Assembly (NCBI GenBank): GCA_965216025.1
Contig: CBDCEX010000015.1
Location: forward strand, 7,063 to 71,062
DNA: 64,000 bases
Direction: 5' to 3'
Origin: Dehalococcoidia bacterium
GTDB taxonomy: Bacteria; Chloroflexota; Dehalococcoidia; Lucifugimonadales; UBA3495
This document shows positions 9,208 through 19,425 of the stretch, piece after piece. Position 1 is the stretch's first letter. Each line of letters begins with the position of its first letter. The translations under genes were made by a program, and so were the position numbers. The notes below the pieces were generated by a model. That model worked only from the letters and a program-made list of their open reading frames with translations. It had not been told where the DNA came from and did no database searches.

Positions 9208-9210
9208 GTT

Positions 9211-10743
9211 TTGATTGTGAAGGAGTTGATACCGAGTCTGCAATCCGCACCAGTCGGCGACGGGGACCTTATCGGCCAGCCGTTCAAGGTGATGCCGTAT
9301 CAGCGCAAGTTCCTGGACGGGGCATTCAAGTCTGGCATCCTCCGGGCCGGTTTGACTTTGGCGAGAGGCGGCGGAAAAAGCGGATTGGCCTCGGCGTTGG
9401 CGCTGGACAGCATTCGACCGGCTGGGGCACTTCACGTCGTGGGTGGCGAGACGGTGCTTGTGGCCAGCAGCTTCGCCCAGGCAAGGATCGTTTTCGAGGC
9501 GGTGAAGACATCTCTGGAGCTGATGGGGGAGGATGGCGAGTACCGGATCAGGGATCAGCAAAACCTTGCGGACATTCAGCACCGGGAAACGAAGGCACGG
9601 CTGAGGGTGGCCGGTTCTGATAATCGAAGGGCCCATGGTTGGCGGTTCAACCTGGCCATCGTCGACGAACCTGCACAGCACGGGCCACGGGGAGAGATAC
9701 TCGCGGCGGCGATCAGGACGGCGTTGGGTAAGCGCAAGGATGCGAGGGTTATCTACATCGGCACCAGGCCGTCAAGCGACGCCCACTTCTTCGCGCGGCT
9801 GCTGGACGAGAACGACCCCAGCGTGTTCTCCCTGGTGTACGCCGCTGATGACGCTGATGACCCCTTCTCCAAGAAGACGTGGGCCAAGGCGAACCCTGCG
9901 CTGCGGTACGGGATGCCCAACATAGAAGTCCTGCGAGCTGAGGCGCGGATGGCGAAGAGGGACCCGGCGGAGCTGGCGACGTTCCGCAGCCTACGACTGA
10001 ATCAGGGAACCAGCGAACCAGCGAAGTTGAGAGCCAGCACTTGATAGACTCACTTGTCTGGAAGTCCATCGAAACCGAGGAACTGCCGCCGGCGGAGGGG
10101 CCAATGAGCCTTGGGATTGATCTCGGAGGAACGGCTGCCTTCTGTGCGGCGGCGGCGTGGTGGCCTCAAACTCACAGATTAGAAGGGTTTGTCGCTTGCG
10201 GCACCAGTCCACCACTGAGCGAACGGGCGCTGGCCGATGGCGTCAGCGGCGTGTATGAGGCGATGCGCGACCGCAACGAGCTGGTGCAGTTGGGCAACCG
10301 TGTGGTGCCGGTCGGTGTGTTTCTGCAAGAGGCCGTCAACCGCTTTGGCAAACCGCAGGCTATCAGCGCCGATAGGTGGCGCGCCGGTGAGTTGGAAGAC
10401 GGAGTTAAAGACGTGGGCCTGAACCTGCCTGAACCTGCCTGAACCCACCTGGCGCGGGCAGGGATGGCGCGATGGTGCTGTTGACGTGAGGGCATTCCGA
10501 TCTGCGGTACTGGAAGGCAAGGTAGCGGCGCCGGTGTCCATGGCGATGCGGGCGGCACTGTCTGAGGCCAAGACGGTAGCGGACAGTTCGGCGAATGAGA
10601 AACTGGCGAAGTCCGGTGAAGGACAACATCGTCGCCGTGGACGTGATGACCTTGCCGCTGCCATCGTCTTGGCGATTGCTGAAGGCACCAGACGGGAGGC
10701 AGACAAGCCTGTCTCCCGTGGGCGGTATCGGGGCAGAATCTAA
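9211..10743 (+). pseudogene. phage terminase large subunit, broken into three frames by two short tandem duplications
   Basis: The three pieces are 9211..10044, 10041..10442 and 10486..10743. Motifs: PYQRKFL..LARGGGKSGL (P-loop), NLAIVDEPAQ (Walker B), GIDLGGTAAF (nuclease). GAACCAGC x2 at 10007-10022 and GAACCTGCCT x2 at 10421-10440. Removing one copy of each restores a single frame. Confidence 0.8.
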
Positions 10744-10763
10744 TTTGGGAAAGGAGATATAAC

Positions 10764-11216
10764 ATGCCGATTACAGGCTCAGTAAAAACCACCGGCGGCA
10801 AGAAATTGGAAGCTATCTTGAAAAAGGCAGAACAGCCCCGGCGCAAGCAGGTCAAGGTGGGCTTCTTCAGCACCGCCAAGTATGACGACGGGACGCCCGT
10901 TGCGGCGAATGCGGCGATTCAGGAATTTGGCCTCGGTGCCAGCATCCCGGAGCGGCCCTTCTTCCGGCAATCCATCGCCATCATAGAGCAGGAACTGCCG
11001 GCGAAGCTGGCGAAGATCATTGACCCGGCGACGATGGAGGTATCAGCCGCCGACGCTGCCAAGATTGGGGAATACGCCAAGGAAACGATTCAGGGTCGCA
11101 TACGCGATTTCAAGGACCCGCCGAACGCGGAGGGCACCATCCTGCAAAAGGGGTCAGACTCGCCCCTTCAGGACACCGACAAGATGCTGAACAGCGTGGA
11201 CTACGAAACCGAGTAG
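10764..11216 (+). CDS. phage head-tail/morphogenesis protein (HK97 gp10 / Mu gpG-like, tentative)
   Basis: 150 aa. ..IPERPFFRQS.. and ..SPLQDTDKMLNSV.. resemble the RPF and DTG-L motifs of those families. Sits in the phage structural module. Confidence 0.35.
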   Translation: MPITGSVKTTGGKKLEAILKKAEQPRRKQVKVGFFSTAKYDDGTPVAANAAIQEFGLGASIPERPFFRQSIAIIEQELPAKLAKIIDPATMEVSAADAAKIGEYAKETIQGRIRDFKDPPNAEGTILQKGSDSPLQDTDKMLNSVDYETE

Positions 11217-11530
11217 TGGGGCACGGTCGGCGAGTACCGCCTGGTTGGGCGCGGTTCAGGGCGATGGTCCTGGAACGCGCCCATTATCGTTGTGAGTGTT
11301 CGGGGTGCGGGCATTGAGGAGAAGGGTGTGGGCGACCGAGCAAGCTTGAGGCCGCGCACATCGTCAGTGTGTACAAGGCACCGGAGCGCGAGATGGACCC
11401 GACGAACGTAATGGCGAAGTGCGTCAAATGCCACCTATCTCAGACACTCGCCGAACGGCGAGGGGACACACCGCAAAGCACCGCATGGCGGCATTTGGTG
11501 AACGACCTCCTATGTAATAAGATGGAATAA
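11216..11530 (+). pseudogene. HNH endonuclease, frameshifted
   Basis: Frame 1: ..RAHYRCECSGCGH then stop (11315). Frame 2 continues ..KLEAAHIVSVYKAPEREMDPTNVMAKCVKCHLSQT.. These are the C-x-C..H..N..C-x-x-H HNH elements split over two frames. Confidence 0.6.
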
Positions 11531-11569
11531 ATATCATCAACTAATGGTTATATTACGGTAGGGGTTGTT

Positions 11570-12841
11570 ATGACACCATTGCAGCGTATTCGGATTGAAC
11601 AAAGCACACACCGCGAGAAGATCAATGCGTTGCTGGCGGTGGAAACTGAACTGGACGATACCCAGCGGGGCGAACTCGCCGGCCTCACCACCAGGATGCA
11701 GAACCTGGAGCTTGAGTACCGGGCCGCAGAGATGGCCGACGGCCCCATGGAAATTGCGGATGACGCGCCGGTGATCTCCAAGGACCAACGCCAGCGCCTT
11801 GAACTGCGGAGCGCCGCCCGGTTGACCAACTACCTGCTCTCCCATGCCCAGGGCAAGATGCCCAGCGGTGCGGAACTGGAATTGCAGCAGGAAGCGCACG
11901 TCAACGGAATTCCGGTGGAACTGTTCGACGTTGCAACCCGTGAAACCCGCGCCGACTCACTGGCGCCCACCACCGGCGTCGGCGTAAACGTGGACCCGGT
12001 TCGCCCGATGCTCTATGCCCGCGCCGTGCTGCCCCGGCTGGGGGTAGCGATGCCCAGGGTGGAGAACGGCAGTTACAGCACCATGACCGTCAGCACCGGC
12101 TTGACCGCTGCTGCCACCACCGCAGGGAGCGCATTCACTGCTACGGCGGCGGTGCTGACTCCGCAGACCACCCGCAACCACCGCGTAACGGGCCGGCTGT
12201 CTCTGAGGGTTGAAGACATTCAACACATCGGCGTCGACAACTTCGAAAGCATCCTTCGCCAGAATTTGATGCTGGTGATGTCTGACCAATTGGACGCGCT
12301 GGGACTGACCGGCGACGGCACCGACCCCAACCCCGAAGGGCTGTATCCGCAGTTGACGGACCCGACCGATCCTTCGGACACCGTTACCTGGCCTCTGTTT
12401 GTTGCGGCGATGGCCGGCGGTATTGACGGTGGGCCATGGGCCGAAACCATGCGGGAGGTAACGCTCCTTGTGAACCCGGAAACCATGCGGCTGGCTGAAT
12501 CTACGTTCCAGGCTGGCACAGGGAATCAGGCCACCCCTGGCGACATCAGCGCCGCCGCCTACCTCCGGGCTAACAGCGCGGGATTCTTCAGCAGCCGCAG
12601 AATGCCAGACACCGACAGCAACATAGCGGGCTGCATCATCTACCGGGCTGGCACCATGGGCCTGGACGGGGTGGACGCAGTTCGGACCGCCGTATGCCCG
12701 ATGTGGAATGAAATCAGCATTGATGACATCTACTCCGATTCGGCCAGCGGCGTCCACCACTACACGATGCACTCATTGATTGGCTCTGTCTTGATCGAGC
12801 AACCCAACGCCTACAGCCGCGTTGACCTGAAGGTTAGCTAA
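11570..12841 (+). CDS. HK97-fold major capsid protein with N-terminal coiled-coil (delta/scaffold-like) region
   Basis: 423 aa. The N-terminal ~90 aa are charged and helical. The remainder resembles the phage major capsid family (PF05065-type). Located next to the prohead protease. Confidence 0.75.
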   Translation: MTPLQRIRIEQSTHREKINALLAVETELDDTQRGELAGLTTRMQNLELEYRAAEMADGPMEIADDAPVISKDQRQRLELRSAARLTNYLLSHAQGKMPSGAELELQQEAHVNGIPVELFDVATRETRADSLAPTTGVGVNVDPVRPMLYARAVLPRLGVAMPRVENGSYSTMTVSTGLTAAATTAGSAFTATAAVLTPQTTRNHRVTGRLSLRVEDIQHIGVDNFESILRQNLMLVMSDQLDALGLTGDGTDPNPEGLYPQLTDPTDPSDTVTWPLFVAAMAGGIDGGPWAETMREVTLLVNPETMRLAESTFQAGTGNQATPGDISAAAYLRANSAGFFSSRRMPDTDSNIAGCIIYRAGTMGLDGVDAVRTAVCPMWNEISIDDIYSDSASGVHHYTMHSLIGSVLIEQPNAYSRVDLKVS

Positions 12842-12850
12842 AGGGACGCC

Positions 12851-13135
12851 ATGGCACAGCAGGCACCATACGAGGTTACGGACACCCCCACGGACATCGC
12901 CAGTGCCTACGGGCCGGGGCGATACCTGGCGCAACTGTCCAGGTTCATACAGACGCCGCACGGTGTCCTATTCGCCACCAGCGCGTCCGCCCCAACGGAT
13001 GACGATGCCTATTTCCGGTGCAACCTGTCGGAACCGTTGTTTGAATTCTCTAGCGTGTCGGGCCTGCCGACGTGGGTAAAGACCTCGGCACCGGGGCTAA
13101 CCTTCACCCTGGCGGTGGCGCAGATTGGCAACTGA
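12851..13135 (+). CDS. hypothetical protein between capsid and protease
   Basis: 94-aa ORF, tightly packed (9 nt after the capsid stop; overlaps the protease start). Confidence 0.4.
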   Translation: MAQQAPYEVTDTPTDIASAYGPGRYLAQLSRFIQTPHGVLFATSASAPTDDDAYFRCNLSEPLFEFSSVSGLPTWVKTSAPGLTFTLAVAQIGN

Positions 13136-13700
13136 ATATCCTGTCTTTGAAGAGCAGCTTGAAATCCGGCAAGAAGGCGGCCGGCCGGTCCTGACCGCCA
13201 CCTTTCCGCTGAACCGGACCGCCACCACCAGCAACGTGGGGCGTGTTCGGAAAGAACGGTTTGCCAGCGGTTCCATGTCCTGGCAGACACGGGAATTTGC
13301 CAAGTTGCAGGACGAAATGGCGACCGTCCTATCTCGTGGCGTTGACGACTTCATGGCCCAACGGCGTGTCGCTGAACTTGACGAACAGTTGGAGCGGAGG
13401 AACACCCACCTGCTGGTAGGCCACTCATACGACCATGCCATTGCCGACACGAAGAGCGGCAACCTGGCGATACAGCACACCGATGAAGCTGTGTTCCTTC
13501 GGGCTGAACTGCCACCGGAGGGAGAGCAACCGAGTTGGGTTAAGGACGCAGTTCTAGCGGTGCGTGGGCGTCAACTTCGGGGTATCAGCCCTGGATTCCA
13601 AGTAACGCCGCAGGGCCGGCAGCGCCTGGTGCCGGAGGATGGGCCGGGTGATTCCCTCGTGCGGGAAATCCAAGATTCGACGGTGTACGAGTACTCCCTA
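13125..13700 (+). pseudogene. HK97-family prohead protease (S78/U35-like), 3' end cut off by IS630 copy A
   Basis: LLVGHSYDHAIA (His), RGISPGFQV (Ser), VYEYSL. The native sequence stops at the IS end at 13700/13701; the ORF tail NQSQGGNYIGQ is IS sequence. Confidence 0.7.
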
Positions 13701-14857
13701 AACCAAAGCCAAGGTGGGAACTACATTGGGCAGTGATGGCAAAGGCACGGCAGGTGTAAAGATCAAAGCATCGGCTCGGGCCTGTAACCGGGTTGGGCAG
13801 CGATGTTTCACTTCATCCTTACGATGAATTAGCCCGCCGAAGAATTGATTCATCTTCTCTTGGACTTTGGCTTTTGTTCCCAGGCATTCGTTGGCCGTGA
13901 CCTCTTCTCTGGCCCAGTCCCAGACGGCTTCGTCGGCGTTGAAGTCTGGGCTGTAGGCCGGTAAGGCCACCAACCTCAGATGCAAGTCAGGAGTGGTCAA
14001 ATAGCTGCGAATCGCTGCTCCTCGGTGGGCTGGCCCATTGTCCCAGATTACTACCAGAGGTCCAGGATGGTTTGCTCTTAGCTGCTGTAAAAAGGCGGTG
14101 GAGGTCTCGGCATTGCTGTTTCCAGCTATTTCCATGGCTTCCACCTCCCCAGTCTCCAGACAAACTCCCGAGTAGTAGCAGGCCTTCTCTCCCCACCGAG
14201 GACTGGTGGAGTCCACCAGCGCTGCCTCTCCCTTGAGTACCCATTTGCCTCGCAGGTCGGCATCGGCCCGAAAGTGGGCTTCATCCACGAAGAAGATCTT
14301 GGCTCCATTCTCTTGGGCCTCCTCTCGGATTTGGCTGTACTGGAGGACGAAGGCTTTCCGTTCTTCATCCTTGGCTTTCAGGAGGCGTTTCTTGGGTCGC
14401 TTCAGCACGAAGCCCAACCGATGGAGGTAGTTCAAGCAACTGCTCCGACTCAGCCCCAGGTCAAAGCTCTGCTTGAGAAATTGCCTTACTACTTTCCAGT
14501 TCCAGTTGGACAATTCAATCCCCGCCTCCCCAGGCGGATTTTGCATCGCAGACTTCAGTTGGTTCTGTTGACCTCGGTTCAAGACGGGGGGGAACCCCCA
14601 GTCTGCTCAAAGACCAAACCTTGGGCCCCGCCTTGGCGAAAGTTGTCCTGCCAGTTTCCGATGGTATGAGGCTCTCTCTCCAAAGCCTCAGCCACTTGAG
14701 TGGCCGACCACCCTTGGGCCAACAACCATAGCCCATGCCATCGCTCTCGCTCCCGAGGTGTTGGCGCCCGATACATCCTTTCCCGTAAGTCGCCTACATC
14801 CAGTTGCCACCGTTCTAGGAGTTGCACTATGTCTGTCATCCCTTCCCCCACCGCCAA
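13698..14857 (-). CDS. IS630-family transposase (orfA 14579..14857 HTH, orfB 13698..14582 DDE; +1 shift needed at a C7 run)
   Basis: orfA ends ..FEQTGGSPPS-stop. orfB begins LNRGQQNQLK.. in the +1 frame; one extra C would give a typical IS630 GG-PP-L junction. The stop TAG is made from the TA duplication plus a flanking G. Confidence 0.85.
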
Positions 14858-14929
14858 TCGACTTCTTTTACAGAATATCGCAACTCCTCTTCGGGTTCGC
14901 TTTATGTAGGTTTCACCTTAGATTTGGTT
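13701..14929 (-). mobile_element. IS630-family IS, type 1, copy A (1229 bp)
   Basis: Ends AACCAAAGCCAAGGTGGGAACTACAT / ATGTAGGTTTCACCTTAGATTTGGTT. TA on both sides within C-TA..TA-G. The flanks are unrelated genes (phage protease | dppC-like permease). Confidence 0.9.
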
Positions 14930-14931
14930 TA

Positions 14932-15359
14932 GTCTGGTCAACGTCATGATTGCGGTGTCGGTAGTTTGGTGGACCGGGCACGCTCGGGTGATTCGGGGCA
15001 TGGTGCTATCGGCGCGACAACGAGAGTATGTGGTAGCCGCCCGGGCCATCGGTGCCAGCGACCTCAGGATCGTGGGATATCACATTGCTCGCAATATCCT
15101 GGGTCCCTTCGTGGTGCTGGCCAGCCTGGATATGGGGTGGATTCTTCTAGGCATAGCCGGTCTGAACTTCCTGGGTTTGGGTGCCCAGCCACCGACACCA
15201 GAGTGGGGAGCAATACTTAACGACTCGCGGTCTTATTTGCAGACGGCGCCCCGGCTTTTGCTTTTCCCAGGCACTGCTATCTTCCTTTTGGTACTGGGAT
15301 TTAACCTTTTAGGGGATGGCCTGAGAGATGTACTGGATCCTACTACTTACCGGCGCTGA
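14932..15359 (+). pseudogene. oligopeptide/dipeptide ABC transporter permease (DppC/OppC-like), C-terminal fragment
   Basis: ..VVWWTGHARVIRGMVLSARQREYVVAARAIGASDLRIV..LGLGAQPPTPEWG.. is the C-terminal half of a binding-protein-dependent permease. The frame is open right up to the IS end at 14931; the N-terminal half is missing. Confidence 0.75.
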
Positions 15360-16017
15360 AAATCTCTTCTTTTTAGACCACCGGGAAGCGGGGCGCCGTA
15401 GGCTCAAATTATTGAGTGGTGGAGATACTGCCTGAAGAGGTTGATGATGAGCGGGGGCAGCAAATGGCTAATAGGCTTCGGCATTGCCCTTGCTGTGCTG
15501 ATCGCATATTTCCTGGGTTGAAGGAGGAGACGCCTCCGATGAGGATGATGCACGGAGGCTCAGCCACTACCTACTCTTTCCGAGCCTCACTATACAGGCT
15601 GCCGCAGCCAAGATTACCACGTAGTCGACGTTCCGGAATACTCCCGCTTCGATCGGGTTTACTTCGAGTCTGGGCGACCGTTGGCAGCGGATGCCGTGTG
15701 TAAGGAGACTCCCGTCAGAGAGGTGGGGCTAAAAAGGGGTCGTTAGTTTACAGGCGGGGTCGACGGGAAATCGGGTAGGGGTAGCCGCTGAGATGGCTAC
15801 CCCATTAATTTGCTAGGCGAGTCGGTAGAGGAGTTGGTCGGATGGCGCTCCAAAACGGCAGGTCGAGCTGGCGTAGCTAGATTACCGAAAGATCTAGGGT
15901 CTCCACAAGGACTTGTATATTAAACGGGTAGAATAGGCCCATGGGGGTCGGGGAGTCGACGGCCAGTGTCAGTCAACGCTCCACTTGGGGTTATGGCCGG
16001 CCTCGGCTTGCCAATGA

Positions 16018-16581
16018 TCTACGATCCAATCCTTCGTTGAGAACCTGACGGGTTTGCTACAGATAATCGCCGCAGAAGCCAAAGTCCAGGTGGACTTCAA
16101 TCCCGAAATAATCAGCCGCTACCGGCTGTTGGGTTACGAAAATCGGTGGGTAGCCGATGAAGACTTCCTCAACGACACGGTGGACGCGGGCGAGGTGGGC
16201 GCAGGCCACGCCGTGACGGCGCTGTACGAGGTGAAGCTGCACCAGGGGGCCGAAGGTCACCTGGCTACGGTTCACCTCCGCTACGAAGACCCGGACAGCG
16301 GAGATGTAACTGAAATCAGCCGCGAATTCCACACGGGCGAGTTGGGCACCGCCTTCTAGGAGGCGTCACCTAGCTTCCAGCTTGCTGCTGTTGTTGCGGA
16401 GTATGCGGAAATTCTGAGTGAGAGCTACTGGGCTCGGGGGAGCAGCATGGAAGAAGTAATGGTACTCGCGCAGCGGGTAAATACCTTGTTGCCGGACGAC
16501 CCGGACGTAACCGAGTTCGCAGACCTAGTGACGCGAGCAGAACAAATCTCCGCCCAGGCTCGATTGGCAACATCGGGCTAA
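16018..16581 (+). pseudogene. vWA-protein C-terminal fragment (YfbK/DUF3520-like) with an in-frame TAG
   Basis: KVQVDFNPEIISRYRLLGYENRWVADEDFLNDTVDAGEVGAGHAVTALYEV. TAG at 16357-16359 is followed in frame by EASPSFQLAAVVAEYAEILSESYW... The vWA domain itself is absent upstream. Confidence 0.6.
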
Positions 16582-16961
16582 AGGACTTCTGACAGGTGTA
16601 TCCTTCGTAAGAAATGAGGAGTTAGCTGGGCGGCCCTACTGCGAGGGCCGCCCAGGGAAAGACTTTTGCCAAACACTGAAGGTTTTCAGGCCGATCTCTT
16701 GCCAGTACGTGAAGGTCTTCAGAAGTAAGGCTACAGGCCAATGTGGCCCGTCGGGTAGTCAGCCGCGATAATGTTCTCCTCCTGGAACCGCTTGGCGGTC
16801 CCCGACGGGCCTCAAATGCAAGGGAGAGACTCCCCCCTGCGGCTCCAGGAGGACGACGAGCTGGACAATGGAGGTGGGGTGGAGGGAATAAGTCTTCAGG
16901 AATAGCCTTCGCCAATCCCGAATAGCGGGTCTTTTGGTGCTAGCAGTAGCCTAACCCGATA

Positions 16962-18185
16962 TTGCTGGAAGGAATTGCCACAGCTTGTGATATCAGCGCT
17001 ATTTTGGTGGACGGTATGGCGTCGCGATTCAGCTTGAGAATTGTCCGAAAATGGGTACTCCGGATGGGCATCGGCCTTGGGGCATTATTGCTGGTATTGG
17101 TGCTTGTTACGGCCCTTACTCCCCAAGGCCGAAGTGGGTTTCACACAGCCCTTTTCGTTACTCAAATCCTGGATGCCCCGGTGAAGCCTCAATCGTGGTT
17201 CACCGCCGACCCGGTGCGGCAGGAAATAACCTATGAACAAGACACCGGGGTCGGTATAGCTGACATCTATCGCATTCCCGATGGGCAAAGCCGGGCTGCA
17301 GTGTTGCTTTTCCTAGGCGCCAACGCCGCTGGGCGGGATGACAAGGACGTGGTGAAATTGGGCGACGCTCTAGCTCGAGCCGGGTTTGTGACTATGTTTT
17401 ATTGGTCGCCCACCATGGCCTTGAGTTACGATATTGACTCCACTGAAATAGAAAATCTGGTATGGGCCTTTAAATATTTAAGGGCGCAAGACTTTGTAGA
17501 CCAAGAACGGGTTGGCATGGGGGGTTTTTGTGTGGGCGCCTCCTTTACACTGGTAGCAGCATCCGACTCCCGAATCAGCGATGAAGTGCACTTTGTCAAC
17601 GCGTTTGGCCCTTACTACGACGCCCGCGACCTTCTTCTGCAAATATCCAGCCGCTCCCAATATTACCAAGACCAGCGCAAACCTTGGGAGCCAGACCCGC
17701 TGACTATTCGGGTGTTCGCCAATGAATTGATCGAGGCCATGGACCTCCCTCGAGACCGGAAAATATTGAGCAGCGTTTTTCTGGAGGGGGAAGAGGCGGA
17801 CCCCCAAGAACTGGCCAAACTTTCCACTGGAGGCAGAGTCATACATCGGTTGCTAACCGGAACTAGCAGAGAGGAGGCGGAGAGCCTTTACTTGAGCCTC
17901 CCCTCCGATTTTCGGGACGACATGAGGAGCATATCGCCCAGTAACAATATCTCACATCTGAAAGCTCTCGTCATGATAATGCACGACCGAGATGACCGCT
18001 TGATGCCCTCTGTGGAGTCACGCCGGTTGGCCGATGCGCTGGAAAGTCGGGGAGACTACCGATATACAGAGCTGCTGGCCTTCGAACACGTGAGGCCCGC
18101 CGGTGGGGGTAGCCTGTGGCTGTCATTGAAGGAGGGCTACAAGCTGTTCCGTCATATGTACGACATTATCCGGGTGAGCAGCTAA
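16962..18185 (+). CDS. membrane-anchored dienelactone-hydrolase-like alpha/beta hydrolase
   Basis: N-terminal TM segment (GIGLGALLLVLVLVTAL). Nucleophile elbow GMGGFCVGAS (G-x-C-x-G as in DLH). C-terminal HDRDD..FEHV. The true start may be internal (e.g. the Met of MASRF). Confidence 0.6.
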   Translation: MLEGIATACDISAILVDGMASRFSLRIVRKWVLRMGIGLGALLLVLVLVTALTPQGRSGFHTALFVTQILDAPVKPQSWFTADPVRQEITYEQDTGVGIADIYRIPDGQSRAAVLLFLGANAAGRDDKDVVKLGDALARAGFVTMFYWSPTMALSYDIDSTEIENLVWAFKYLRAQDFVDQERVGMGGFCVGASFTLVAASDSRISDEVHFVNAFGPYYDARDLLLQISSRSQYYQDQRKPWEPDPLTIRVFANELIEAMDLPRDRKILSSVFLEGEEADPQELAKLSTGGRVIHRLLTGTSREEAESLYLSLPSDFRDDMRSISPSNNISHLKALVMIMHDRDDRLMPSVESRRLADALESRGDYRYTELLAFEHVRPAGGGSLWLSLKEGYKLFRHMYDIIRVSS

Positions 18186-18328
18186 TCTCCCATATTCCAA
18201 TTTCTAACGATATTCACTAATCAGGGACCAGACTAGCTCCCTTTCGTTTACCTGAGTGGTCTACTCTCTACAGCAGCCGCAGCCTCTCCGGCCATGCCGG
18301 CGATTATTTTGGTGCGGCAAAGCTAACG

Positions 18329-18775
18329 ATGAGCACTGTTTCCAAGCCATCTGTACTGGCGCTCATTATCTCCGTCCTCGCACTGTTTACCGCCGCTTGC
18401 GGACCTGCAACCTCACCCCAGTCCACGATCGCGCCCGTCACACCCGCCGCTACGCTGGCACCAACGCCTCCTCCACCCGCAGTGTCTACACCCGCACCCG
18501 TGTCTCCATCCCTCACTGCGTCCACACCCGTACCCGTGCCTCCGCCCACCACTACGTCTACACCCGCGCCCAGCGACTTCATCCTGGTGGGCGGCACAGT
18601 CGACTTCGAGGCCGACACGGCGACGATTCATCCAATCATGGAGTTGAGGGGCGCTTTCCCGGCGCCCGCCCCAGGCGAATACCGATTTCAGCTGCTCGAC
18701 GGCAAAGGGTTGGAGTTGTTCGGCGCCGACTTCGCTCCGTCCGTCATGGTCGCCGACCCGGAGCAGCCGAGGAAA
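18329..18775 (+). pseudogene. putative lipoprotein with Pro/Thr-rich linker, probably 3'-truncated
   Basis: Signal peptide plus lipobox LALFTAAC, then a PT-rich linker. Sense is lost near 18770, where it collides with a truncated convergent AKR gene. Confidence 0.45.
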
Positions 18776-19374
18776 CGAATCTTGCCGTCGCGCCTCAGGT
18801 CTTGTAGCGTTTGTATTGCCCCCTCTTGCTCTATGACCTCCCTGGCGGGGCTGAAGTGGAGCTGCAGGACGTCCAGATAATCGGTCCTCATGCGTCGCAG
18901 GCTTTGCTCGCATGCCTTTATGATGTTCTCTCGGCTGTAGTCGTGCAGCCGGGGCAATGGGACGCCGAATCTCGTGCGCTCGCTCGGCGAGAATCTGGAC
19001 ACATCTGGCGGGCACCCGCACTTGGAGGCCAACAAAAATTCCTGGCGACGGCCGGAGATGCACCTGCCTATGTGATCTTCGGCCTCACCGTAGTCAACGG
19101 CGACATCGATGTAGTTGATGCCGGCATCCAGAACAGCATTCAGGATGCTTTCGGGCTGGCCGGGTCTCAACGGTCGGCCGACCCCCGCAACCATGCCGCG
19201 CAACTCTAGCGCACCAAAGCCCAGGGCGGTGACGTTCAATCCGGTACGTCCGAGTTTTCTCTTGGGTAGGTCCGGCTTGTCTATGACGCGTCCAACCCTT
19301 TTAGCGAAGCATAATCTGGCAACTGCTGCATCGGCAGGTCTATGAGACCGTGAACGCCCTATGAACACGTTCAT
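18775..19374 (-). pseudogene. aldo/keto reductase, N-terminal fragment
   Basis: KRKLGRTGLNVTALGFGALELRG.., ..INYIDVAVDYGEAE.., ..DYLDVLQLH.., ..GKIRFLGCSG are AKR motifs. After about residue 205 the sequence is no longer AKR-like, and the C-terminal third is missing. Confidence 0.6.
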
Positions 19375-19425
19375 CGGCCGCGCTCAGGGAACGGTAGCCG
19401 TGGAAGCGGCAGCTTGCCTACCAAT

